Source: Eledone cirrhosa (taxonomy: Eukaryota). Taken from it: a stretch of 64,000 nucleotides of DNA. The notes beneath the pieces are model-generated. The model saw nothing but the letters and a program-made list of their open reading frames with translations. It searched no databases and had not been told where the DNA came from. The stretch covers positions 1-64,000 of the forward strand of contig CAXHJY010001732.1 of assembly GCA_964016885.1 (NCBI GenBank). The letters run 5' to 3'. How positions within the stretch are numbered: the first letter of the stretch is position 1; each line of letters opens with the position of its first letter. Positions 41,901 through 55,600 of this stretch are shown in pieces. The translations under genes were made by a program, and so were the position numbers.

Positions 41901-44900
41901 CGTGGAAGATAGATATTAAATGACAACGATGATGATGATGATTACCCAATATTTACTATTGTATTTTCATGGTAAAGGCTTTACCTCACACAACATTGAA
42001 TCTATGAGATTTTAATACTGTTTATTTTGAGACCAATACCTTAACATCAGTATGAGTAGCAGGTTACAGCCGGTTTGAACAGAAAGAGTTGAGAGAATTC
42101 TGGTTGTGTATGGCCAGTTTAAATGTTAAGGGGTTAAAGAGGTTGTCTCCTGTTGCTGCAGGACAAATAAAGGGACTCCTTTGTCCCTTTGCTAATTTAT
42201 ATTCAGAGTTACTGCTCTTGTAGATGTGTTACCGGTCATGTGGCTTAGGGATAACAATCTGGGATAGGTATTGATATGTACCTACATGTTTGCTATATAT
42301 CTAGATGGTATATACCTACATGTTGGTAAGTACGTAAATGTTGAGGTTTACCTACATGTTGCTGTGTACCTACATGTTGCTGTGTACTTACATGTTGCTG
42401 TGTACCTACATGTTGGTAAGTACGTAAATGTTGAGGTTTACCTACATGTTGGTGTGTACCTACATGTTGCTGTGTACCTACATGTTGCTGTGTACCTACA
42501 TGTTGCTGTGTACCTACATGTTGCTGTGTACCTACATGTTGTTGTGTACCTACATGTTGTTGTGTACCTACATGTTGTTGTGTACCTACATGTTGCTGTG
42601 TACCTACATGTTGCTGTGTACCTACATGTTGCTGTGTACCTACATGTTGCTGTATACCTACATGCTGCTCTGTACCTACATGTTGCTGTGTACCTACATG
42701 TTGCTGTGTACCTACATGTTGCTGTATACCTACATGTTGCTATGTACCTACATGCCGCTGTGTACCTACATGTTGCTATGTACCTACATGTTGCTGTGTA
42801 CCTACATGTTGCTGTGTACCTACATGTTGCTATGGACCTACATGTTGCTGTATACTCTCTACTCAAACACCCCACTATTGAAATAACATTCCTTCAAATC
42901 CCTTCACTCTATTACATGTTCCAGCTGAGAGGTTGAGGCCAGACTGGGGCACCACCATTATTAGTTAACGCTATGTCCAGTGTTGAAATAACATTCCTTC
43001 AAATCCCCTCACTCTATTACATGTTCCAGCTGAGAGGTTGAGGCCAGACTGGGGCACCACCATTATTAGTTAACGCTATGTCCAGTGTTGAAATAACATT
43101 TCTTTAAATCCCTTCACTTTATTTTCAATGAGACTGTTAGTAATGATATGTCTGGTTTTGGAATAATGATCCTTGAACTCTTTACCATTTACATTACTCT
43201 ATATATACTATTGTATTTTCATGGTAAAGGATTTATGTCATATAATATCGAATCTGAGATTTTGATGTTATTTATTCTGAGAACAATACCTAAACGTCAG
43301 TACGAGTGACCAGTTACAGCCATTTTGAACAGAAAAAGGTGAGAGAATTGTCCAGTTGCACCGCTCAAAGGTGATGTCACAAGACTGAGACCTCTGGCGT
43401 TAAGCAGTAATACAGAAGACCTGATTTCCCACAGGTACAAGCCAAAACTGAAGCATATAGACAGTATGCTGCCAGCCCCTTCCCACTGTAAAGTGGTCAT
43501 GTAGGTGTCATGTCAAAAAAGCACCCAGTCCACACTGTAAAGTGGTTGTGTAGGAGACACAGTAAAAAAGTACCCAGTACTCACTGTAAAGTGGTCATGT
43601 AGGAGACACAGTAAAAAAGCACCCAGTCCACACTGTAAAGTGGTCATGTAGGAGACACAGTAAAAAAGCACCCAGTCCACACTGTAAAGTGGTCATGTAG
43701 GAGGCAGTAAAAAAGCACCCAGTACGCACTGTAAAGTTGTCGTGTAGGAGACACAGTAAAAAAGCACCCAGTACACACTGTAAAGTTGTTGTGTAGGAGA
43801 CACAGTAAAAACAGCACCCAGTCCACACTGTAAAGTGGTCGTGTAGGAGACACAGTAAGAAAGCACCCAGTACTCACTGTAAAGTGGTTGTGTAGGAAAC
43901 ACAGTAAGAAAGCACCCAGTACACACTGTAAAGTTGTCGTGTAGGAGACACAGTAAAAAAGCACCCAGTACTCACTGTAAAGGGGTCGTGTAGGAGACAG
44001 TAAAAAAGCACCCAGTACTCACTGTAAAGTGGTCGTGTAGGAGACACAGTAAAAAAGCACCCAGTACTCACTGTAAAGTGGTCATGTAGGAAACACAGTA
44101 AGAAAGCACCCAGTACTCACTGTAAAGTGGTCGTGTAGGAGACACAGTACAAAAGCACCCAGTACTCACTGTAAATGAGGTTGGTGTTAGAAAGGGCATC
44201 CAGCTGTAGAAATCAAGTCAAAATCAGTTCTGTATGAGCAAGATATGGTCACCTGACCTAACATTGCCCACAACAGGACAACCTATCTAACCCATGTTAG
44301 TGTTGAAGAATGGACGTAAAACGGTGATGATGATGATACTGCCAGTTTAAATGCTAATGGGTTAAATCTTGGATCAAGTTACATCCGATATTAAAATGAT
44401 TCTTTACTCAATTTGTTCTTATAACAGCTGTGTTTAATGAAATGTTCATTCTTTGCCTCCTCAGTATTTCCAGCTGCAAGTCCTTATATTTCACCATAGA
44501 TTTTCAGACTTCTCTTCAATGATATTTAACAAAGGCTTCTAATGATTGACAGATTTAATTTACTAGTCTTTAATGCTTTTGGTTCTAAACTACCCCTTTG
44601 TTCTATGACACGACCCTGCTTATTTTAACCCTTTAGCATTTAAACCAGCCGTATCCGGCCAGAATTCTTTCACCTCTTTCTGTTCAAACCGGCTGTAACC
44701 TGCCACTGATTCTGGTGTTAAGGTTTGTTCTCAAAATAAACAATATCAAGCTCTTATAGATTCGATATTATGTGAGATAATTATGTCAGATAAAGCCTTT
44801 ACCATGAAAATACAATAGTTGATATAGAGTAATGTAAATGCTAAAGGGTTAAAGTGTTTATATCTATATAAAATTAGAATTTGGTTTTTCACTCTAACAT

Positions 44901-47900
44901 AGGAGATATGTAAATGTATTTGTGAGTTTTATATCGAATATTAATAATATTCGATTCGTTTGCAAGCAATCGGCCTCAATACGCTATGTTTTTTAGATGA
45001 CCATTGTTATCTTTGTTTCTCTCTGTGTCACCACTAGAAGTAAATCAACAATATGGTTTCTGGGTTATTGCCCAGCGAAACACGGTCCTCTGACCTGATC
45101 TCTCACAAAGGGACAGCCCGTCTTACCCATGCTAGCATGGAAAATGGATGTTAAACGATGATGAGGATGTCACATTATTGTCAATTATTAATGTCACTGC
45201 TAGAACAAAAGGATGACGATTGTCATCTAAAAAAACATAGCGTAATGAGGCTGATTGCTTGCAAACGAATCAACTATTATTATTATTTGGCTGGATTATT
45301 TAGGCGGAGAATTGGCAGTATCGGTAGAGGGTTGGACACCATGGTTACGGCATAGTTACGGCCCTTTATGATCTGAGTTCAAATTTCGTTGAGGTTAGCT
45401 TTGCCTTTCATCCTTACAGGGTCGATAAAATAAAGTACCAGGGTCGATAAAATAAAGTACCAGTCACGCACTGAGGTCGATTTAATCAACTTTCCCCTCC
45501 CCCAAAATTACAGGCCTTGTGCCTATATAAGAGACCATTATTTGGGTGGATTAGCAGTATCGGTAGAGGGTCGGACGATATGCTTTGCAGCATAGAGTTA
45601 CGGTCCTTTATGGTCTGAGTTCAAATCCCGCCGAGGTTAACTTTGCCTTTCATCCTTGCGGGGTCGATAAAATAAAGTACCAGTAATGCACTGGGGTAAT
45701 TGCTGGCCTTCTGCCAAAAGTAGAAACTATTATTATTCGATATAAAACTTATGAATTCATCTATATAAAATCCTTTCATCATAATTTTATGTGAAAACTT
45801 TTCTTAAGCTATTTTCCAAACTCCGGATAAATAATAGGAAGTTTAGTTATATTACTAAATCACTTCAAGTACTTGATAACTTAACCCTTTAGCATTTACA
45901 TTACTCTATATATACTATTGTATTTTCACTGTAGACAATTTATCTTACATAATTATCTCGTATGACATTTTGATATCATTTATTTTGAGAACAATACCTT
46001 AACATAAGTATGAGTGGCCTGTTACAGCCAGTTTGAACAGAAAGAGGTGGGAGAATTCTGGCCGGATACAGCCGGTTTAAATACTAAAAGGTTAAAAAAT
46101 GCTAGGCAGTGTGTTTTACTAGAAATACGATAGCAAAGGTGTTAAATACAATGTTAGGTCTGTTATCAGTAACAGACTGTTATCATTTTAAATAAAAGAG
46201 GTGGTGGGTGCTGTCCAAGAAGGAAACTATTAACCCTCACCCCTATCTCTTCAGCCTTCTGTTACTAACTTGTGTTTTTCTGTACTGAAGCATACCAACA
46301 CTTGCTGCAGCCGCAACCTGGTGCAGTCTGCGACTAACCCAGGTTCTGCTGCACATCGGGCTGAGGGGGCCAAACTCCTCAAATACCGGTGGCTCTCTGA
46401 CAGGCTTGCAGTTGTACCCTTGGCAGTGGAGACTTCTGGTGTCCTCGGCCCTAGGGCTACCTCCCTACTTACCACCATAGGCACAGACCTGGCTACCTGA
46501 AGCAGTGGAGACTTCTGGTGTCCTCGGCCCTAGGGCTACCTCCCTACTTACCACCATAGGCGCTGAGCTGGTCAACCGCAGGTGTGAGCATCGCGAGCTG
46601 GAATGGCTCTTCCAGCGCGTCTCCCTTGCCGTCCTCCGGGGAAACGCCTTCTCCATTCTCTCCGCCAGGGCTGTGGGGAGGCCACCAATATGATTGGCTG
46701 ACTTGTCGTTTTATCAGTCAGATGTTCTAATGCTTGTATGATATTAAATGAAGTGAAAAATAAAGAAAACATTGTCTAAATAGATAGGTAAGTCTGTTGG
46801 TGACACTGCCTAATGTGGTGTTGGTGTTCATATTTGTAAGTAAAAAAGCTGACTTTACCAAGCAGAATATTTACAAAGTCGTATTGAAATTACATTCCAG
46901 CCTTTATAACATATGTGTGAATCGCAAACAAATTATATATGGAGTTTTGGCAAAGGCTGGATATCCAAAACAGATGTGGTCAATTGTTTTTTGGTATAGT
47001 AATCAATTGATCATGTCCCTCTCTTCCCCAGCATGTTTTTTGAAAAAAACCACATATGTTCAAGACCAGGGGTGTGTAACATATTCCATTGGCAGGCCAC
47101 TTTTGAACATTGGAACAACTATTAGGGCCATTAATATTTATTAAGCACTATTCCAAAGATTCACCACAACTTCTTTCCATAACATGGAACTGGGAAATTC
47201 TAACACGCATAACCCTATCAGTGAAGCCCTTTAGTATAGGTCAACTAACAGAAAATTGTATTACAGTTACGAAAAAAATTCTAAATAAGCCTACTAGGTA
47301 AAAATTAAAAAAGGCCATCGCGGGGCCACTCTGATTGGTCTGGCAGGCCCATGCGCCGCCTGTTGCACGCCCCTGTTCAAGACCTTTATATAAAAGTGCC
47401 TATGTACATTGAGGTTTTTAAGGAACATAACATCAGGTTCTCTGAAGGTTGAGAAAACCCAGGAAAAAGAATTGATGGTAGTAAGGGTTAGAGTTGTCTC
47501 TTCCCTTGCATGTTTTTGGTTGGGTCTTTAATATTAGCTGGAAGAGACAAACCTCCAATATAGAAATTTAACCCTTTAGCATTTACATTATTCTATATAT
47601 ATTATTTTATTTTCACGGTAAACTCTTTACCTCACATAATTATCTCACATGATATCAAATCTATGAAATTTTGATATTATATATTTTTAGAACAATACCT
47701 CAACATCAGTATGTGTAGCCAGTTATGGCCGGTTTGAACAGAAAAAGGTGAAAGAATTCTGGCCAGATATGGCCGGTTTAAATGCTAAAGAGTTAAACCG
47801 GCTATATCTGGCCAGAATTCTCTCACCTTTTTCTGTTCAAACTGGTTGTAACTGGTTGCTCATACTGATGTTAAGTTATTGTTCTCACAATAAATAATAT

Positions 47901-49584
47901 GAAAATCTCATAGATTCGATATATGGCAGCTCCTACGCCATTATATAAGGTAGCACCACCAGTAGATATGGAGGAATTATAAAAAGCTATATATAGGGAA
48001 AGTTTTCTTTCTTTAAACTACTGAATAAAAATCAATTACACATTATTTCAACAATATCGAGCAAGATATTACACTGTTCTCAGACATATGTTATGTAGTA
48101 GTAGTAGTGGTAGTAATAGTAGTAATTGTGGTGGTGTTAGTAGTAGTAGTGGTAGTAGTAGTAGTAATGGTGGTGGTGTTAGTAGTAATAGTGGTGGTGG
48201 TAATAGTAGTAATGGTGGTGGTAGTAGTAGTAATGGTGGTGGTGTTAGTGGTAGTGGTAGTAGTAATGGTGGTGGTGGTGGTAGTAATGGTGGTGGTGTT
48301 AGTAGTAGTAGTAATAGTGGTGGTGGTAATAGTAATAGTAGTAATGGTGGTGGTAGTAGTAGTAATGGTGGTGGTTGTAGCAGTAGTAGTAATGGTGGTG
48401 GTGGTGGTAGTAGTAGTAATGGTGGTGGTAGTAGTAGTAGTAATGGTGGTGGTGGTGGTGGGGGTAGTGGGAGGTTGATGGTAGTAGTAACGTAGCAGTA
48501 GTGGTAGTATTAGCAACATCAGTAGTAGTAGTACCAGTAGTAGTAGCAACAGTAGTAGTAGCAACAGTAGTAGTAGTAGCAGTAGAAATTACTTTTGTTA
48601 TTGTTATGCAAGTTATATATATCATTTTTACCTAATTACATCTCTGTTATTAATTGTAGCTTTTAGACTTTATATGGTGGCGGTGGTGGTGTAGTGGTAG
48701 TGGTGGTGGTGGTGGTAGTGGTGGTGGTGGTTGTCATCATGGTGGCGGTGGTGGTGTAGTGGTAGTGGTAGTGGTGGTGGTGGTGGTAGTGGTGGTGGTG
48801 GTTGTCATCATGGTGGCGGTGGTGGTGTAGTGGTGTTGGTGGTAGTGGTGTTGGTGGTGGTGGTGGTGTTGTGGTGGTGGTGGTGTAGTGGTGGTGGTGG
48901 TGTGGTGGTGGTGGTGTGGTGGTGGTGTAGTGGTAGTGGTGGTGGTTGTGGTAGTGGTGGTGGTAGTGGTGGTGGTGGTTGTCATCATGGTGGCGGTGGT
49001 GGTGTTATTAATAGCGATGATGGTGGGGTTAGTAATATTAATAGTGGTGGTGGTGGTGGTGGTGGTGGTGGTGACTGTCACCATAGTAGTGGTGGCAGTG
49101 GTGTTGGTGGTAGTGATATTGATAGTGGTGGTGGTGGTGGTGGTGGTGGGGGTAGTGATATTGATAGTGGTGGTGGTGGTGAGGGTAGTGATATTGATGG
49201 TGGTGGGGGTGGTGGGGGTAGTGATATTGATAGTGGTGGTGGTGGTGGGGGTAGTGATATTGATAGTGGTGGGGGGGGGGGGGGGGGTAGTGATATTGAT
49301 AGTGGTGGTGGTGGTGGAGGTGGTGGCGGTAGTGATATTGATAGTGGTGTTGGTGGTGGGGGGTAGTGATATTAATAGTAGTGGTGGTGGTGGGGGTAGT
49401 GATATTAATAGTAGCGGTGGTGGTGGGGGTAGTGATATTAATAGTAGTGGTGGTGGTGGTGGTGGTGGTGTGCAACAGGTTGTGTTCAAGGTTGTAATTT
49501 CTTCTTCACTCATTATCTAATTGTTATCACTTAGTACAACACACATCATTCACTACTGATTCTTTCTCTCTCTTTCTTTCTCTG

Positions 49585-49618
<34 letters not shown>

Positions 49619-52600
49619 AAGACAAGATAAAGTGAGTAAAATAAAATAAAAATGTAGAGGAAACAGAGAGGAGTAAGACTAATCATTGAGAAGGTCACAA
49701 ATGTGTGACAAAAGACCTTTGACAATTAAATAACCATGTAGTTACCAAACTAACTAGGAGTGGATTAGTTACTTGCCTAATAATGGTTTCTACTTTTTGG
49801 CACAAAGCCAACAATTTGAAGGGGAGAGGAAAGTTGATTAATTCGACCCCAGTGCATCACTGGTATTTTATTTTATCGACCCCATAAGAATGAAAGGCAA
49901 AGCTAACCTTGTCAGAATTTGAATTCAAAACATAAAGGACTGTAACCAAAAATGGAGCATATGAACAAGACAAGGTTTTCCTCTCTGTCAAACCATGACA
50001 ACCCGCCCAACCCATGCTAACAGGGAAAGCAAATGTAAAATGGTTTTGATGGTGATGATAATGATGGTGTTATCCTCATCATCATCATCACCAATATTAT
50101 TTAACGTCTCTCAGCTAGCAAGGGTTGGATTGGATAGGCCTTCACAGACCAAGTCGGTACACATATAATTACTACTATGTCCTACTAATTAGAATTGCTT
50201 CATTACAAATATTCTAATTATGGCATCATCTTCCAAAATAAATGTGAAATACAAAAATGGAATTGTTTTCTTTAAACATTAACATTAAATTTTGTTTACA
50301 CTAACATAGACTTGGCTCACAGGTTCAAAATTCATCTTGGTCAATACATTGCTAACATAAAGTACTCATGTTTTTAACTCAATTACATGGGGGTACTGTT
50401 TTCTTTAGGGAAATTACTCACTGGTGCCATTTCAAAAAGCCTGCAGTCCACCCTGTAAGATGGTTGTATTTTACATAGTTGACTGAGAGCATTTATTGTG
50501 GCACCAACACTACTGAAGTGAAGTTAGTGATTATTATGAAAGAGGATGATAAACATGACAAATACAGTAATTTTGGTTAGATACATAACTTTAATTTACC
50601 TCAGTTAAAAAGGAAAAAGAATATGATTACTTGGAATCAGAAAAATATAAAGTTTGATGGTAGCACTCACAAATGAATACAGTGTTCGAAAAGGCCTCTG
50701 TGTTGTGCTGGAGAATCTTTGGTTAACCCTTTAGCATTTACTCTATATTTACTATTGTATTTTTGTGGTAAAGGCTTTATCTTACATAATATCGAATCTA
50801 TGAGATTTTGATATTGTTTATTTTGCGAACAATACCTTAACATCAGTATGAGTGGCCAGTTATGGCCAGTTTGAACTGAAAGAGCTGAGAGAGTTATGGC
50901 CAGTTTAAATATTAAAGAGTTAATATTCTTTGCTCAATTAGAAGGTGCCAAGTTGTAGTCTGTCAGTATTATCAGCATAGGTAGTAGTAAGTACGCAGTG
51001 CAAGGGAGCTGTGTTGTCTGTATCAAGAGGTGGATGATTCTCTGTGAGTGGTTGAATTGCTGTGGGACCGTTATTGACAGCGCTGAAGTTTTTTTACCAA
51101 GTGCTACATCTCACTAGTTGCTTGAGCAGGTTGAAGTGATGCTTCTCTCCCAAGGAACCAGAGTCGAATGGCCTAAAGAAAAACTTATCTCGCTTCACCT
51201 CAAGCTAACCAACCACTCCATACTGCTGACAATAACTGAGATAAAGAGAAGTAACAGCCAGATGTCATTCAGGGGTCAGCATGTGCGATGATATTTCACT
51301 ACACTACCACTTTGCAGATTAGGCTGGGTGCTTTTATTGTGGCACCAGCACTACCACTTTACAGAGTCGACTGGATGCTTTTATTGTGGTACCACCATTT
51401 TACAGAATAGGCTGGGCACATTTTAATTAAATGACGAGTGCAACCATTATTCAAAGAACTCAATACTTTAATCTTTTTGGTATCAACCCAGCCATAACCA
51501 GCTCTGGTTCTGTGAAACCAAACCACCCATTTTAAAAGATTCCTATTTAAATTAAAATCTTCCAACATAATTTTATATAAGAACAATATGTTGTTACAAT
51601 CTTAGTAATGAAATAATTAATAATTTTAGTAAATCCATCAAAATTCTTCATTAACAGTTTTGCTACCAAATCACTTGTAATTTTGATGAAAAAAATTGAT
51701 AATTTTAGTAAATCCCTCAAAAAATTCTTATTTAATTAATTAATTAATTAATATAGAATATATTTAATTAGAAATACATTCATGATAGGGTTCATTGCTG
51801 ATATCGACTCAATTGATCTCCATGTGGGTTGGTCATTCATTGCCATTGCCAAATCCTCGATTTCAATACCAGAATCTCTGGAGATGACATTGGGATAGGA
51901 GAGCTTGCGCCCCAATTCGTTGTCACCATCATCATCATCATCATCACCATCATCATTTTTACATCCATTTTTCCACACTAGCATGGGTTGGACATATCGG
52001 TAGAGAGTCGGACGCCATGCTTTGAAGCATAATTACCTCCCTTTATGATCTGAGTTCAAATCCCGTCAAAGTTAACTTTGCCTTTCATCTTTACGGGGTC
52101 GATAAAATAAAGTACCAGTAATGTACTAATGTAATAATTGCTGGCCTTGTGCCAAAAGTAGAAACAATTATTATCATTATTCACGGTGGATTGGCAGTAT
52201 CAGTAGAGTGTCTGAGTTCAAATCCCGTCAAAGTTAACTTTGCCTTTCATCCTTACGGGGTCGATAAAATAAAGTACCAGTAATGCACTGGAATAATTGC
52301 TGGCCTTGTGCCATAAGTAGAAACAATTATATATAAGCATTTATTATTATGTATTTTTTTTTTTTTTTTTTTTTTGTTTTTTGGTACTCTTTCAGAAAAA
52401 TGATGAATTGGTGACTTGTTTGAAGATCCAACATGGAATCGACTACCAAGTGGCAGCTGGTACTTCTATGGGAGGTCTATATATGTTTAATATTCCATCA
52501 GATTTGGTAGTTAACAGAAAGGTAAGAATTCTTCTCATGAAATTTTATTCATTTCTCTACTGAAAAGTTTCAATGTGGTGCAGTCATTTTCTTTTTTTTT

Positions 52601-55600
52601 TTTTTTTCCAATACAAAAAAAAAATCTTTTCTTTGTACATACACGCTGGACATTCATGTAATAATGGAGTGGAAAATAAGAAAATATAAAAAAAGGGAGG
52701 GAAAGGCAAGGGCTCTGGTGTCATGAAAGAATGGTAGGAGGGTGGTGATTGGGCTCTGGCCTAGGGCGTGGTGCTGGAGTTGCACCCCATTCCTGCAGAC
52801 AATGGCCAGCGACACCCACCGCAACAGCCACCTCAACTCGCAGGGCTCCTTCCTCTGATGGGCTGCTGACATTCCAATCTTGTGGAGGAGCTCAGCAGTG
52901 TGGGATCCAAGTACACCTGAGGTCTCAATGGCGACCGGTGCAAAGAGGAAGCAGCTGGACAAGCTCCTGGTACATAGTAGGCCGCAGTACTGGGGTTTGT
53001 GCCTGAAGCAGCTAAGTTGGGGGCAGAGAACATATGTAATTATATCCTAGACATAAATTATTAAAATATCATTTTTATGCATATATAAAAGGATGATCGA
53101 CTTTCGTCAAATCGGACCAAGGGAACAATGTTTCCATTGGTCTTTCCAATTGCTAATACTATCTATCAGTCGCAACTCCAGGTAGAAGGAGCAACGTGAA
53201 ATAAAGTGTCTTGCTCAAGGACATAACACATTCCCCGGTCCTGGAATCAAACTCACAACCTCACGATTGCGAATCCAATTCTCTAACCACTCAGCCACAC
53301 GCCTTCACTGCATATATATATACATAAGTATAAAGAAGGTGCTCAAGCACAGAAATGCTATAAAGTTAGCTTACAAAGGGTGAAGACCCTTGAGCGATGG
53401 AAAAAGAAGTTGCCATCGGCTGGTATGAGGTATTGAACCCTATATCTTCCAGATTCCGGCTAGACACTTTACCCTTTAAGCTAGGGAGCCATAAAAAGTC
53501 CCTTACCATCATTTTATCTAGATAACTAGGCAACAGCTTTCAGATGTTGACAGGCGGAGAGACTGGCAGTCAGACATCTGTGTCTAAACAAACAATGTAC
53601 GAAGCTGAATTTTCGGCTTTTGAAGCGCTGAGGATTATATATCATCATCATCATCATCATCAATGTTTAACGTCCGTGTTCCACGCTTGCATGGGTTTGG
53701 ACGGGGGTATTCCCACTTGAGGCAAGAGTGATTGTCTTGCTCGCATAGGACTGTCTGGCAGGTTTTCTACAGTTGGATGCCCTTCCTAACACCAACCACA
53801 TTTACAGTGTATATATATATAAGTATGTATACGTACATACATATATGTATACAGACATTATATATGTATATGTATACAGACATTATATATATATATAAGT
53901 ATGTATACGTACATACATATATGTATACAGACGTACAGAAGTATGTGTATATATATATATATACATACATGCACACATATATATATGTACGTATGGATTC
54001 ACCGAACATTTATTATAATGCTCGGTGTGTTTGTAAACAAACATCCCGAATTAAGCCGTACAGTGTCTAGCAACCACCGTTGCTCGTTTGTTCAACACTG
54101 ACAAAGGAACGCTGTACTAGTTTCAAGCTTATTAGCTATCGTCAGCAACGTATACCTTCCTGCCAGATTGTTGAACGTATATACTTACCTTATGCATATT
54201 AACAGCTGAGTAGCCCAATTTGCATATCGAATGGGTTAATCAGCCGGGTGCACCGAAAACGATAAACGGAAAAAATGAAACAAAATTTCATTTCCCACTC
54301 TTAGTACGGCTGTTACTTAAATATAAGTATGTACACGTACATACATATATGTATACAGATGTACAGTAGTATGTATATTTATATACATACATGCACACAT
54401 ATATATATGTACGTATGGATTCACCGAACATTTATTATAATGCTCGGTGTATTTGTAAACAAACATCCTGAATTAAGCCATACAGTGTCTAGCAACCATA
54501 GTTGCTCGTTTGTTCAACCCTGACAAAAGAGTGATAATCACAGATATATACATATATGTGTTCAAATCGTAAGGGACCAGGTTCGCTAGGGTGAAAAAAA
54601 TACTTACGATTTGAACACATATATGTATATATCTGTGTTTATCTCTCTTTTATATTCAATTATAGTACAGGCCCCGAAAATTATTTTTAAGTAAACATGA
54701 TTTTTTTAAAATATTTTTAAGTGAACCTGACCCAATGGGTCATGGGTGGTCTAGTACCATATATATGCATCCTGTTGCAGGCATCTGGTTGTAAAACATT
54801 GCCTCAAAAAGACCCATCCAACCCATGCCAACATGGAAAAGTCAACATAAAATTGATGATGATAATGATGTATGGTTCTGTTACTCTCTATTCCAGCTTC
54901 CTCAGCGTTTCTCTGTCCAAGATGTCCACAGTACACCACTAACATGTCTGGAATGGAGTCCAAATGGTATGAAACTATTCAGTGGTGACAAGAAAGGTGT
55001 AGTAATTTGTACCGAAGTAGATTTCCAGAAGGTAAGACGCATCAATTCAAAATCTTCACCTAATATTTCAACGGTTTTTCTATCCTTAAATCCGGTTATG
55101 ATGATGATGATTACCATCATCATCATCATAACCGTTTTACATCTGTTCTTCCACGCTAGCATGGGTTAGACGGGTTGTCCTGTTGTGGGCAGTGTCCGGT
55201 TGGCTGACCTTGTCTTGCTCATACGGGAACTGAGTCTGGCTTGATTTCTACAGCTGGATGCCCTTCCTAACACCAACCTCATTTACAGTGAGAGCTGGGT
55301 GCTTTTTTGCCATGGCGCCTACACATCCACTTTACAGTGTGGGCTGGGTGCTTTTTTTTCCATGGCGCCTACACGTCCACTTTTCAGTGGAATGATAGGG
55401 ACCCCAGTCCTATCATCTCATTTCTACAGCTGAGTAAACTGGAGCAATGTGAAATAAAGTGTCTTGCTCAAGGAATCAACACATCACCCAGTCCGAGAAT
55501 TGAACTCACAATCTTTCCATTGCAAGTCCAATGCTCTAACCACTGAGCCATGTGCCTTCATTTATTATAATAATAATAATTGTTTCTAATTTAGGCACAA

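Noticed and set aside
42271-42936. (YLHVAV)n ORF resembling ankyrin or beta-helix repeats
   Set aside because: Near-identical 18-bp DNA unit, open in several frames, intronic
48731-49366. Gly-rich (GGGGSDIDS)n ORF resembling a structural protein
   Set aside because: Derived from (GGT)n; TECPR2 exons 1 and 2 join without it
53418-53490. Functional tRNA
   Set aside because: Only 4 acceptor pairs, no U33, weak T-stem
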